Of a stretch of DNA of 64,000 nt, positions 10,462-23,545 are shown piece by piece. Every line of letters begins with the position of its first letter. Position 1 is the stretch's first letter. The stretch covers positions 1,922,001-1,986,000 of the forward strand of contig OZ251235.1 of NCBI GenBank assembly GCA_965240325.2, read 5' to 3'. Under the pieces are notes generated by a model. The model did not search any database and was not told where the DNA came from. It saw only the letters and a list, made by a program, of their open reading frames with translations. The translations under genes were made by a program, and so were the position numbers. Origin of the DNA: Rebecca billardiae RCC1528 (lineage: Eukaryota; Protista; Haptophyta).

Positions 10462-12021
10462 CTATATTGTCGTAGTCAAGGGCACGTCGCTCCCTGGTGG
10501 ACGCCGGGCAAACAGGGCATGGTCGTACGCCTCCTCGCTGCCCAACTGCGAGCCGTCATCGATGGCATCCAACAGCGCGCGCACGTGATGCTGTGCGCGC
10601 CGCTCATGCTGCTTAATCGACGCCGAGTCCGACCGCGGTCGCCGTCGTTCGACTTCGCGATGGCGAGTACGGTCAGCCAGCGCCACGTCGAAGGTGAGTA
10701 GCAGTCCGCCGAGTGCAGGCGGCGCGATCCCGCGCGTCTTCAACACGTCACTCAGCGCGGCGTGGTACTCGCTGACCCATCTGCGCGCGTTATGCTTCGA
10801 CCCTACCACCCACCCGAGCAGCATAGCCAGGTCCTTTGCAGGTGGCCCTCGACCGATGTCGTCAAAGTCGATCAGGTGCACCGAGGGCAACGTGAGCGCC
10901 GCTGCAGGGGCGGGACCATGGCCGCTACGAGCGGCGCGTGTCCCGTTGGGCACGGCAGGGGCGTGCGCGGCCTCCGAGGCACGGCGGCCTCGCGCCCTGC
11001 CGGCGGGTGTGGGATGAGGGCTGTCGTGGACCAGCATGTTCTCCCCTTTGATGTCACCATGGATGAGGCACATCCACTGGCTGGCGTCCAGCCACCTCTC
11101 AAGGGCACGTGCAGCAAGCGCGAGGCGCTGCCAAAGGCCCCCGTCTGTTTGCGTGCGGCGGAGTGCCTCGATGTTCCCCGTGCTGGTGTAATCGTCCAGG
11201 TTGCAGCAGCCGCCATGCACCTTGAGGCCCTTGAGCTCTGGCAGCGTGATGCCCCACGTCCAGCCGTGCAGGCGCGCGAGTGCGTGCAGCGCAGCGCGTT
11301 TGTTTGCGGACGTCGGCTGCTCCGGGAGAGGCTTCCCCTGGACCGCTTCCATGGCGACCAGCAGCCCTTCCGACGGCGTGTCCAGGACGAGCAGCGTGCG
11401 CGCTATCGGGACCGACGCTGGAGGCCCGATGAGCCGCGGCTGGTGCCACTTCCACCAGCTGAGCACGTTGAGCTCATGCCAGTCGTCAATCGCAACGCCG
11501 CCGGTGCCCTCGGCTTGCGAGGCATTCTGCGCCGTGCCAAGCAAACGGTAGATCTGCTTGACGATGATGCGACTCCCCAGGCGATACACGTTGCGCATGT
11601 GTACGCCCGGGTTCACTAAGCTCTTGACCAACTGAATGTCCGGCATGCCGCCAGCTGCTGGCGCAAAGCCAGGCCCGTGCTCGCGTTCGATGGCTGCGAT
11701 CACGGACGCAACAGTCTGGTTGCTGAGCCGTGGTGGTGGCCTATCGCGCAGCTGCCGTCGCTCCAATCGGCGCTCGCGGATGGCTCCGCTCGGGCGAGCT
11801 CGTCGGGCGACATCGCACGCGTCGGCGGGCATCGCCCACCGCCACTGGCGCTCGCCGCACCGACTCGTGTTGAGGGCAGGTCCAGGAGCGATGCCCACGG
11901 TGAGGCGAGCAGCCTCGATCATGGGCAGCAGGAAAGCGCTCGCGATCGAACGCGTCGCCGCCGCCGCCGCGTGCGGCGGCAGCGCTGCGAGAGCCAGCAC
12001 GACAGCCGCGCGGACCATCAT
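10462..12021 (-). CDS. APH/choline/ecdysteroid-kinase-like phosphotransferase
   Basis: Brenner motif LIHGDIKGENML, LIDFDD and the segment ALHALARLHGW are present. The likely start is MMVRAAVVLALAAL (ATG 12021), which is hydrophobic and signal-like. Confidence 0.8.
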   Translation of the reverse strand: MMVRAAVVLALAALPPHAAAAATRSIASAFLLPMIEAARLTVGIAPGPALNTSRCGERQWRWAMPADACDVARRARPSGAIRERRLERRQLRDRPPPRLSNQTVASVIAAIEREHGPGFAPAAGGMPDIQLVKSLVNPGVHMRNVYRLGSRIIVKQIYRLLGTAQNASQAEGTGGVAIDDWHELNVLSWWKWHQPRLIGPPASVPIARTLLVLDTPSEGLLVAMEAVQGKPLPEQPTSANKRAALHALARLHGWTWGITLPELKGLKVHGGCCNLDDYTSTGNIEALRRTQTDGGLWQRLALAARALERWLDASQWMCLIHGDIKGENMLVHDSPHPTPAGRARGRRASEAAHAPAVPNGTRAARSGHGPAPAAALTLPSVHLIDFDDIGRGPPAKDLAMLLGWVVGSKHNARRWVSEYHAALSDVLKTRGIAPPALGGLLLTFDVALADRTRHREVERRRPRSDSASIKQHERRAQHHVRALLDAIDDGSQLGSEEAYDHALFARRPPGSDVPLTTTI

Positions 12022-12099
12022 CGAATCGAGACGGACAGCCGAGTGCAAGGACCAGTGACACGTGAAATTGGCTCCCCGCAGACTGGGACAAAACGGGAG

Positions 12100-13780
12100 A
12101 GGCCCCCCGTTCTGAACGTTCTCCAAACGCGTTTGGGGCCTTGCCGTTCTGAAAGGTTTGCCAAACGGCTGTGAGTCCGGATCGCACATGAGTGGCCAGC
12201 AGTTTGCCCGGACTGCTAGTCGTGGGCTCGTGGCTCGTCTGGATCTGGACTTTGCGGTCGCTCGTGAGTCGTAGTAGAGGACTACGAAGCAGTATTATTC
12301 CAACCGTCGTCCGTCGTCGGCCGGCGGCGCTGACCAGTCGCTGCTCGATGAGCTTCGGAGCAGTGATATGTGACCGCCCGAATGCGGGAGCTGACGACAG
12401 GCCAGGACGACTGCTGATGCCGTTATGGTAAGTCGCCGCAGCACGGTCTAGCGGTCTGGCCCGCGTGACCGCCGCCGCGGATGACGGTGACGTGGCTGTG
12501 TGCGAATCAAGCCTCGACGGGCGTCGGCCAACCCGTCGGCCACAGGATGCCCACTTTTGCCCGTTCATCGGCCAGTGGCCGACTACGACGAATAAATGAA
12601 TAAATGAATATTCATTCACTCCTTTTTTCTTTTTCGGCAAAAGATTATTCACCACTCGGGCAGAACGTATGGTACCCCAACGAGTTCGGCTTGACTCTCA
12701 GTCTGGGCATGATCTCGTCGCAGAAGCTGCTTGCAGCCGACTACTGTGCTGCGGCAGCCACCGCTCGTCCGCTCGCCGCGAGGCTGCCGCAGTCGCCGCG
12801 TCGGCAGACGTGGTCTGCGTGAGACGATGCCGCAGCGCTGCTGGCAGTGCAAGCGCGAGCCGTGGCAGAAGTAGGGGTCGTGGGCGCGGGCGTGGGCGCG
12901 GTCGCTGGCGCGGGTGCGGCCGCTGACTCGCCCTCAGAGTCTCGCCGGGCTCGCCGCCTGCTGCACCTCGCGTCCTTCACTCGCCGGGCCGGCGCGCAGA
13001 ATCGGCAAATAAGCTACATCGCAATAGACATAGTCGCCTGTAACTTAGATATAGTATATCAGATTAACACACACAGGCACACACACACACCTGCCAAGCT
13101 CGGTCGAGACCGCCACTGGGGCTCAACAAGTCCACCAGTTGGGTCGGCCGAGCCCCGGGGCCGCCCTCTCGAACTACGACCGTGCAGAGTCGGACAGTGC
13201 TGCAGCCCGCGCGGCGTGCTCACGCGGCCATCACGCGCCGGCGCCGTGGCTGCCGTGCCGTCCGGCGCGGCCTACGAGTACGGCGGTCCGGCCGCCGGAC
13301 GGCCATCGGCCAATACCCATCGGCCAGAGATGGATGGTCGACCGCTAACCATCGGCCATGGCCGCCTAGCGGCCAATATCATCGGTCATGGCCGGCCATA
13401 TAGGCCTTGATTCGCACATAGTGACGTGGTACGGTGGTTGGTACGTGCCGGCCCGCCGACTGCGCGTCCGCGCCGTCACGGCGCCGTGCGCGACTGCGGC
13501 ACCGTCACGGGGCGCACGGCTGCACAGCCCGGGCCGACTGCACTGGTCCGGCAGTCTTGACTCTGCGCATACAACTACATCAATCGTACGAGTGACTAGA
13601 GTCGGCACGCCCCGACCGCTGCGCCGGGGCCGCATCAGGGCAGCGGCGCGGGCGCGCCGCCGGCTGCGCCGGCGGGCGGCCTGCGGCCGCCGCCGGCTGG
13701 CGGCCGGTGGAGGCCTGCCGTTCTGAACGTTCTCAAACGCGTTTGGGGCCTCGCCGTTCTGAACGGTTTGCCAAACGCTC
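12100..13780 (+). repeat. Pair of ~65 bp direct repeats (about 12107-12168 and 13718-13778)
   Basis: ccgttctgaacgttctc(c)aaacgcgtttggggcct(t/c)gccgttctgaa(a/c)ggtttgccaaacg is present twice. Confidence 0.8.
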
Positions 13781-13957
13781 CCAGTCTGGCTCCCCGACGT
13801 GATGTACACACGTCTCACGGTCTGTACTAATTCTATGATTTAAAGACACAGGCACGAGGGCGCAGCTCTCCTGATTCGTCTGTCGAAGTACTGAATGGAG
13901 TTAATGGAGGATGTCGGAGCGCGTTGGCCGCCTCTTAGAGTATTATTAATATTGTAT

Positions 13958-15260
13958 GCGCATCATTAGCGAGGCCCACACCCACGAGGGAATGTGCAGC
14001 ACGCGGGGCGGGGCGGGTAGCCCGTTGCTCCGCGCGAGCGCGGGTACGCGCTATATGTGCCGCATGTCGACCGCGATGGCGTCATCGAGCGCCTCGCCGC
14101 CGACGAACGGCCGCCAGAGTAGATCATGTGCAGGTCCTTCTGCCGCCAGCCGAGAGCGGTCGTCGCGAGGATGCTTGTCGATGTCGGCTCCAGGCATGAT
14201 GGGCTCGGCGCAGGTCGCGTTGACGTCGTACACGGCCACCACGCTGAGCACGAGCGCGTTGACGTTCACGCGGTCGTCGCTCTTCGCATCTTCGACAGGT
14301 CTGGCGCTCGCGTGCTCGGCGGCACGAGGAGCTGTTGGTTGTGCGCGCGCGCGCGCACAGCGACAGCGTGTGCCACTCGCGATCGAGAGTGGGCAAGCGC
14401 TGCTCACGCGGGCACACGAATCGCAGCGCATCCGTCAACGGCGTGACGACGTCCGCCTCGTCCCGCAGCGCCTGCGCCATGGACGAGGCCATGGCGCGGC
14501 GATGTTGCATGCTCGACGTTTCATCTCTCTGCGGATGGCATCACGGGCTTGTCTGTGTCGCGCTGCGGCGAGGGTCGCCAACTCGCGATGACGCGGTTGC
14601 TGCCACGGCGACAGACCCGGGAGGTGCGTCCGCTGCGCGTCGTACGCCGTTGGCGCTGCGCTTCCGTCGCATTGGTCACCGTCGACGCCATGCAGGCCGG
14701 ACGTGGGCCCGCGAGCGACGACTGAGTCCGGTGCGCGGATTCCGGCGATCGAGTTCAGAAGGCCGCGCCAAATCTTGCGTCGCGTGCGATGGCGCTTCCC
14801 GCCCGCGAGACACCTCGTGATGAGGGCCTTTCCGCACCGCGCCCGACGCGCGGCGGTGGATCGCGCGAGGCGGTCATCGTGCGCAGCGCATGATGCTATG
14901 GCCGGTGCGCGCTTTCGACGTGCACGTCGGGCGAGGATCGCCCCAGGTCGCACGATCGTGTCGACGCGCCGAGCGTACCGCTCCAAACGCGTCGATTTAG
15001 CCCCCGTTCGACCTGCACGCGAGACGACGAGGGCAGCAATCGCGAATCGGGCGAAAACCCCGTTCGGGAATCCCCGCACGATGTCCGCGCCGGCGTTGGA
15101 TTCGGCGCGCGCGGCCCACGCGCTCCGCGCCAGGTGCCATATGGTTTTCGGCCGAGCGTCCCCAGTGGGAGCTGCGAGGGCGCCCGGTAGTGAGCGAAGC
15201 GATTTTCTTTTCTCTGCGAGGCGATTTTCTTTTTTCCTTTTCCTTTTTCTTATCTTTTTC
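13958..15260. repeat. Dispersed ~1.3 kb repeat, copy 1 (decayed TE-like sequence)
   Basis: Colinear with 27979-28682 plus 29330-29860. The minus strand carries a frameshifted coding remnant (DVVTPLTDALRFV...DDRVNVNALVLSVVAVYD). Both copies end in the T-rich cttatcttttt. Confidence 0.85.
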
Positions 15261-18207
15261 CCGGGCACTACCAGGGGCGGACCTACGGCCCGCCATTTTA
15301 ATTCGTGACAAAGCCCTGCCAGGAGACCTGTCCAGCTCCGACCCCCTTTAATTGGGTGTGACGTACTGCTGAGGAAAGTAATACCGGAGTAGGAATACGA
15401 AGAATGAAGCCCGAAACGTTTTTGGATTAGGCACGCCTCGGGAATCGAGAACGCATGTCGTTACCTTTTTGAGCGCGCCTCGTGGGGACGTCGTTGCGAT
15501 TCCCACCCATTTGTTGACGCTTTTCTACGACCACCCCGCACCCCCCTTGACCCATTCTATGATTTAACGACACAGGTAGGACGGCGCAGGTCTCCTGACC
15601 ATCCGCTCCCAAGTTCAGGAACCGCGACGATTGCTCACCGCGCCGCGTGCGCTCGGCACACACGATTGAGTATGACAAACGAGCTCAGCGCGCTGCTGCA
15701 GGAGGTGAAGGCCACGCGCGACACGCAGAACGGCGCTCAGCCGGCGTGGCTCGACGACGCTGCCGGCACTCGCGCTCGCACTCGCACACACGTACGTGTG
15801 CGACGAGGATCAGCTCCGCGGGCCTCCGCCAAACCCAGCGCCACAGATGCCATCGTCGGCGTCGCGAGGTACTGCGCCGATCTGGCGGAGATCCAGCGGC
15901 ACGTGGCGGCGATCAAGCAGCCGCAGCCGCATCAGATGACGTGCACGAACGGCCTCATGGAGAAGCTCGTACCACAAGCCTACCATAAGCCCGACCCGCT
16001 CGCCGACTTGCCCGACTACTACTCGCGCTGGCTCGTCATCAACGGGCGCGGCCTTCGAGCCGTCACCCGCGCCGCGCGCGGCTCGCGGCGCCATTGCGGA
16101 GGTGCGTGCCCGCCGGCGCGAGCTGCACAACACAACATGCACACCGACGCGAGCCGCTCGTACCATGTCGTGCCCGACGGGCCGTGCTCAGCGACGGCTG
16201 CAAGCCTACGCCATGCAGTCGGTTGTGCCCTGCGCCGCTCGCCCCGCACCTGCAGACCCGAGACCGGTGGGTCATCCGCGGTGCGTGCCGTTGCCGCGCC
16301 GTCGTGCCCGAGCGGCCGTGCGCAGCGACGACTGCATCGACGGGCGCCTCGCCGTGCGCCTCGGTGGGCTGCGTGCAGAACCGCGGTGGCGGTGCGGTAG
16401 TTACCGTGCTGCGGCGCCGCGCGCGCGCGCCCGCGGCGCGCCACCGGATGATACCGTTAGTCAGCGCTGAACGGCCAACTCGTCCCATCGTCGTCGGGTC
16501 TGCCGGCCCTAACCAGCTTCTCCGTCGCGTCCTAGACGCGCTGTGTTCGACCAGCCCCACCGGGACAGGCCGCCAGGCCCCTGTGATGACGCTGTTTTTA
16601 ATAAATTAATTAACGACGCAGGTAGACCTAGGGCAACAACTGGCTAGTTTCAGACCCGCCGCTCCTTTTGGGAGGCCGCTCCGCGGCCCCGCGGAGCACG
16701 GAGCAATTTAAACAGCGGGGGCCTTGCGGCCTTGTCCCGGTGGGGCTGGTCGAACACAGCGCGTCTAGGACGCGACGGAGAAGCTTCCCAGGGCCGGCAG
16801 ACCCGACGACGATGGGACGAGTTGGCCCTTCAGCGCTGACTGACGGTATCATCCGGTGGCGCGCCGCAGTCGCGCGTGCGATTAAGCCGCAGGCGCGGCA
16901 GCGCGGCACTTCTGCAAGGCCCACCGAGGCGCACGGCGAGGCGCGCGTCGATGCGGTCGTCGCTGCGCACGGCCCGCTCGGGCACGACGGCACGGCAACG
17001 GCACGCACCGCGGATGGCCCACCGGCTGTAGGCGCGGGGCGAGTGGCGCAGGCCGGCAGGGCACAACCGACTGCACGGCGAGTAGACTGGCCTGCAGCCG
17101 TCGCTGAGCCGCACGGCCCGTCGGGCGGCCGCGCCCGTTGATGACGAGCCAGCGGGCGAGTAGTAGTCGGGCAAGTCGGCGAGCGGGTCAGGCTTATGGT
17201 AGGCTTGTGGTACGAGCTTCTCCACGAGGCCGTTCGTGCACGTCATCTGATGCGGTTGCGGCTGCTTGATCGCCGCCACGTGCCGCTGGATCTCCGCCAG
17301 ATCGGCGCAGTTCCTCTCAACGCCGACGATGGCATCCGGCGCTGGGTTCGGCCGAGGCCCGCGGAGCTGTTCCTCGGTCGCGCACGTGTGTGCGAGCGCG
17401 AGTGCCGGCAGCGTCGTCGAGCCACGCCGGCTAAGCGCCATTCTGCGTGTCGCGCGCGGCCTTCGCCTCCTTCAGCGGCGCGCTCGTTCGTCATACTCAA
17501 TCGTGTGTGCCGAGCGCACGCGGCGCGGCGGCGAAAGCACAGTGCGTCGCGGTTCCTCGAACTAATCTGGCAGCCTGGCCTATTGCCATGACAGCAGCTG
17601 TGCTGATGAACTTATAGGCTTAGCTGTGCGACGCTTGCTTGCGCCTGACCACTGACTTGATGATGCATGGGAAGTGAGGTGAGACCGGGGAGGCCCGACT
17701 CAGGTGCCTGCCCAAGCCCGCCAAAGGCGCTGGTTTGGGCTGGCCCAGTCGGGCTTCCGATCCCCTCTCCCCCACCCGAGCCGAACTGACGGGCAGGGAC
17801 GTCGTACGCTGACCGTACGATGCCGGTGGCCCTGTGGGTGGCCACCGACTGGAGGGAGCGGGTGCTCAACGTCCAGCCGGGTCCACCCACCAACCCAGCC
17901 CCCGAGGGGACAGGGCGGGCACACAGGCGATGCTGGTGCGCAGCAGCGGCGCCGGTCGCCGCTCACTGCTGAGCAGGCGACGAGCGGCGGTGCCCAGTGG
18001 CACTCATTCGGAGTGTGCGAGGTCAAGGCCCACAGGGGCACTCGCGCCGACGTGGCGCCGCCCCGCCTGCTTGCACAGCAAAGGCGCGGGCGGCCGCCTG
18101 CCTGCCCACATTATGGCCAGAAAGGCACCAGGCCACGTGTTGATCCCAGGCAGGACAAGCTGGCCGCTCACGCTCCCAAAGGACTGCTCCACGAAGTGGA
18201 AGTGTCG

Positions 18208-18800
18208 CCGCGCGAGGGCCTGTCAGCGACATTGGCCCTCGAGCGCACGTACTCAAACCACGCGTCACAGTGCGGCCCCGTGGCTGTGTGCACGCTGCGG
18301 CAGAGTCGTGCAAAGACGGGTAGCCCTTGATAAGACCAGCGAGCGCGCTCGCGTTGTCAATGAAGTGCTTCACCTGCCTGTCAACCAGCAGGTCAGGCTG
18401 CGAGTGGTACACTGCCACAGCTGCCAAGAGCTTATAGGCTGCCCGTTGTGCCAGCATTGTGCGACGCCACAGCGCTGAGGCTGTCAGCTTGCGCTGGGTC
18501 TGCGCCAGCGGCCGCCAAGCGAGCCGACAGGGCAGCAGTCCATGCCGCATGACCCAGCGCGTCCATATCCAGGGGAGGACCTGGCGGCGAGCTGACCAGT
18601 GCCGGTCAGCGCCGGGCCAGTGCAAGCACACCCATTCGGCCGCGGCAAGCACATCGGCGGCCAGGGCGGAGCCTAAGCCCACCATGTAGAAGGGGTGCTG
18701 CATGGCCTTTGCGGCTGCAATCTGCTCGAGCACACCACGCGCCTTTACCGGCGCAGAGGAGCCATCCTCTCTGGGCATCGATGCTCGCCATTGCACCATT
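18208..18800 (-). pseudogene. pol remnant: RNase H of DIRS/tyrosine-recombinase retrotransposon type
   Basis: Reads KLLAAVAVYHSQPDLLVDRQVKHFIDNASALAGLIKGY and, after a frameshift, WFEYVRSRANVADRPSR (DN and N.AD..SR motifs). The RT core is absent. Confidence 0.85.
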
Positions 18801-20689
18801 CACTAGGGCAGCGCAGCAGCCGGCCGCTCGTGGCCGACACCAGGAGGAGCGGAGCCGGAAGGCCGGTGCTGCCGCCTTGAAGACCGATGATGCATGCGCA
18901 ATGCCTTGGCGCTGGCGCCGGAATGCCGCCCGCCGCGCGGCGTCCGCCGCGAGCGCGGTCTCGCTGGAACCCATTGCGGGCGCTGACGTCCGTCCGCAGA
19001 AGGCCTCTTTGCCCCGTCGCGTGCGGGCCACCCGACGGAACTTGTCGCGCCTGCGGCCCAAGGGTTTCGTCGCCGCGACGCCAGCCCGGAGCGGAAATCA
19101 GGCGCGCTGATTGCCACATGGGTGCGGACGACGCTGAGGCCCGCGCAGAGGCCCGCGCCGCGGCGGAGCGGCGGGCCAGAGCGGTGGCCCTGCATGCTGC
19201 GCATGGGGGCAGGCCTGCCCGCGCTGGCGCGAATGCTGTGCCACCCGATAACTTGCAGGAGGAGCCCACACCGACGGGCGTGGCCCAGCGCGATTATGGC
19301 GCTGCTGAGCTGCCGGCGAGCAAGCAGAGCCAGGTGAAGCCCGCTCGCCCAGCAGGTCTCCATGTCGGGCCCAAGCGTCGGGGATTGACTTGCAGCGCGC
19401 AAGCGCGGTTGACCGTTGAGCGGTACATCCTTGGGCTGTGAGTGCCACTCGCAAGCGCTCCAACCGGAGCGCCCGTGCCGCCGCCAAGACGGGCGGCAGC
19501 TGCAGCGGCGGAGGCAACGGCAGCGGAGGCCGTGCGCCGACCGGCAAGAGCAAGCAGCACGAGGCATGCCGCGCCTAGCTCCCTCAGGGTGGGTGGGTGG
19601 GAAGAAAACGCGCTCGGTGCGCTCCCCTGCTGGCTCGGCAAGCCATGGAGCCAATGGCTCTGGCGACTGCCTTTTGGTACGGTGCCTGTCGCGCGAGGCG
19701 AGCAGCGTGCCTTCACGTGCGGCCTGCGGCACGCCCGTTTTGCCCGGACGTTCACTGTCCGGCTCAGCCGGTGCGGCTGCAGATTAGTAAGTTACCACGA
19801 GCCTTCGGTCGTTTTCACCACACTAATCTGGCAGCCTGGCCTATTGCCATGACAGCAGCTGTGCTGATGAACTTATAGGCTTAGCTGTGCGACGCTTGCT
19901 TGCGCCTGACCACTGACTTGATGATGCATGGGAAGTGAGGTGAGACCGGGGAGGCCCGACTCAGGTGCCTGCCCAAGCCCGCCAAAGGCGCTGGTTTGGG
20001 CTGGCCCAGTCGGGCTCAGTCCGATCCCCAACGCACTGTCCAGCTCACTATCCCAACGCAACCTCACGCTGGGCATGCGCCACTACAGCCGAAAGAGGCC
20101 GTGCGGCAGCGCTGCTCTGCCAGCTGCTGAGGTCATAACTCCGACCCGGCTGGGTAAGGGGGGCAGGCCCTCCAGAATGGAGTAGCCAGACCGGCCCCCA
20201 AGCAGGGGATAACTGAGCGCGCGTGTATAGTTGCACATGCATCCAGCGACTGCTGTCGCAGGCCAGCACCCGCGCAGCAACATGAGGAGCCAACCCCCAT
20301 GTGTTCCCCCCAAGCGTCAGGGGAGCCAATTCTGCGTGACAAGGGGCAACAGCAAACCACCTTGTGGGGCCGGACCCGCGCTGCGGACCGGACTGTGCCA
20401 CGCCGCCGGGGCGAGCAAGAGACCGGGCGACGAGCCATCTGCAGCCCCTTGTCCAACCGCAGGGGGAGTCAACCCAGTCAACCCTATGGCGTGCCTCCCA
20501 AGCGTCAGGGGAGCCAACCCGCGTGACGAGGGACTGCAAGCCGCCAGGGGGGTCACCAGTAGGGCCGGCTGGCAGACGCTAGACGACGCGCCGCCGCCGG
20601 GACGGGCGGGGAATTGGGAAAGGCGACTAGCCACGCCCGGTGCCCAGCCACAGGGCAGGGACAAGCTGGAGATTCGACGGTGCCGATTC

Positions 20690-22050
20690 GACGAGCCATC
20701 CGCCGCCCAGTGTCCAACCGCCGGGGGAGCCATCCCCATGGCGTGCCGCCCAGGCGTCAGGGGAGCCAACCCGCATGACGACCTGGGGACAGCCGCAAAG
20801 CGTTCTCGAACCGCCGGGCAGCGGGACGTGCCCGCGGCGCCGGCAGCAGGGACAAGCGGGGAAGGGCGACAAGCCATCTGCCGCCCGAAGCCTAGCCGCA
20901 GCCGGGGCGAGCGGGAGACTCGACGAGCCATCCGCCGCCCCATATCCAACCGCCGGGGGAGCCATCCCCATGGCGTGCCGCCCAGGCGTCAGGGGAGCCA
21001 ACCCGCATGACGACCTGGGGACAACCGCAAAGCGTTCTCGGACCGCCGGCCGCGGGACGTGCCAGCTGCGCCGGCAGCAGGGACGAGCGGGGAAGTGCGA
21101 CGAGCCATCCGCCGCCCGAAGCTTAGCTGCCGCCGGGGCGAGCGGGAGACTCGACGAGCCATCCGCCGCCCCGTGTCCAACCGCAGGGGAAGCCATCCCC
21201 ATGGTGTGCCGCCCAGGAGCCAACCCGCATGACGACCTGGGGACAACCGCAAAGCGTTCTCGAACCGCCGGGCCGCGGGACGTGCCCTCGGTGCCGGCAG
21301 CAGGGACAAGCGGGGAAGGGTGACGAGCCATCAGCCGCCCGAAGCCTAGCCGCCGCCGGGGCGGGCGGGAGACTCGACGAGCCATCCGCCGCCCCGTGTC
21401 CAACCGCAGGGGGAGCCATCCCCATGGCGTGTCGCCCAGGCGTCAGGGGAGCCAACCCGCATGACGACCCGGGGACAACCGCAAAGCGTTCTCGGACCGC
21501 CGGGCCGCGGGACGTGCCCGCGGCGCCGGCAGCAGGGACAAGCGGGGAAAGGCGGCAAGCCATCCGCCGCCCGAAGCCTAGCCGCAGCAGGGGCGAGCTG
21601 GAGACTCGACGACGAGCCATCCGCCACCCCGTGTCCAACCGCCGGGGGAGCCATCCCCATGGTGTGCCGCCCAGGCGTCAGGGGAGCCAACCCGCATGAC
21701 GACCTGGGGACAACCGCGAAGCGTTCTCGGACCGCCGGGCCGCAGGACGTGCCCGCTGCGCCGGCAGCCGGGACGAGCGGGGAAAGGCGACGAGCCATCC
21801 GCCGCCCGAAGCCTAGCCGCCGCCGGGGCGAGCGGGAGACTCGACGAGCCATCCGCCGCCCCGTGTCCAACCGCAGGGGGAGCCATCCCCATGGCGTGCC
21901 GCCCAGGCGTCAGGGGAGCCGACCCGCATGACGACCTGGGGACAACCGCAAAGTGCTCTCGAACCGCCGGGCCGCGGGACGTGCCCGCGGCGCCGGCAGC
22001 AGGGACGAGCGGGGAAGGGCGACGAGCCATCCGCCGCCCGAAGCCTAGCT
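20690..22050. repeat. Tandem array, ~232 bp unit, about 6 copies (degenerate relatives extend 20290-22700)
   Basis: gagcc(a/g)acccgcatgacgacc(t/c)gggga recurs at about 20763, 20995, 21218, 21449, 21684 and 21916. Confidence 0.92.
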
Positions 22051-22704
22051 GCAGGGGGGCGATCCCCGTCGATGGCGACGCTCCGGCCAGCTGCCCCGCC
22101 GCGCCCGGGCGGGACTGCTGGTACGAGAAAGGCACCTGCTGGGCCAAATGCCCAGGGGCCGACCGTGCAGCGCCGCCGGAAGGAAGGTCCCCCGACGACG
22201 CGCGAGCCAAGGCGCCGAGCCCAGCCGCAGGAGGAGCCACCCCCCTTGTGTTCCCCCCCAGCGTCAGGGGAGCCGACCCGCATGACGGGGGGGGACAGCG
22301 AACCACCCTGCCGGGCCGTTCTTGAACTGCAAGCCCGGGGGGTGCTCCAGCGAGGCCGGCCGGCCGACGCTACGGGACGCGCCGCCTCCGGGGCGAGCGG
22401 GAGATGGCGCCAAGCCACCTGCCGCCCAGTGTCCGGCCGCCGGGGGAGCCAACCCTCCGGCGCTCCCACCACGCGTCAGGGGAGCCAACCCGCATGACGG
22501 GGGGCCACAGCAAACCGCCCCGTGGGGTCGGTCCTGCACCGCGAGCCGGACGGCGCCATGCCGCCGGGGCGAGCGGGAAATGGCGCCGAGCCACCCGCCG
22601 CCCCGTGTCCAGCCGCCGGGGGAGCCAACCCCACGGCGTGCCGCCTAGGCGTCAGGGGAGCCATCCCGCTTGACGGCCTGGGGACGACCGCAAACCGTCC
22701 TGCA

Positions 22705-23545
22705 GGACCGTTCTGGTACCGCAGGGCCGCGGGACGTGCCCGCGGCTCCGGCAGTCCGAGGGGGGGCGCCGCGACGCCGCCGGGGCGAGTGGCCCCGGAC
22801 GACCGGCCCTCCGCCTCTCCGTGCCCAATCGGCAGGGGATGCATCCCCATCGATGCTTGCGCAACCGCAAAACACCCGTTGGGACCGTTCTGGTACCGCA
22901 GGGCCGCGGGACGTGCCCGCGGCTCCGGCAGTCCGAGGGGGGGCGCCGCGACGCCGCCGGGGCGAGTGGCCCCGGACGACCGGCCCTCCGCCTCTCCGTG
23001 CCCAATCGGCAGGGGATGCATCCCCATCGATGCTTGCGCAACCGCAAAACACCAGTTGGGACCGTTCTGGTACAGCAGGGCAGCGGGACGTGCCCGCGGC
23101 TCCGGCAGTCCGAGGGGAGGCGCCGCGACGCCGCCGGGGCGAGTGGCCCCGGACGACCGGCCCTCCGCCTCTCCGTGCCCAATCGGCAGGGGATGCATCC
23201 CCATCGATGCTTGCGCAACCGCAAAACACCAGTTGGGACCGTTCTGGTACCGCAGGGCCGCGGGACGTGCCCGCGGCTCCGGCAGTCCGAGGGGGGGCGC
23301 CGCGACGCCGCCGGGGCGAGTGGCCCCGGACGACCGGCCCTCCGCCTCTCCGTGCCCAATCGGCAGGGGATGCATCCCCATCGATGCTTGCGCAACCGCA
23401 AAACACCAGTTGGGACCGTTCTGGTACCGCAGGGCAGCGGGACGTGCCCGCGGCTCCGGCAGTCCGAGGGGAGGCGCCGCGACGCCGCCGGGGCGAGTGG
23501 CCCCGGACGACGGGCCCTCCGCCTCTCCGTGCCCCATCGGCAGGG
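22705..23545. repeat. Tandem array, 177 bp unit, about 4.7 near-identical copies
   Basis: ggaccgttctggtac occurs at 22705, 22882, 23059, 23236 and 23413. Confidence 0.95.

Noticed and set aside
14051-14510. Assignment of the repeat's coding remnant to hAT transposase
   Set aside because: The resemblance (TPLTDALRF...PTL) is too weak without a profile search.
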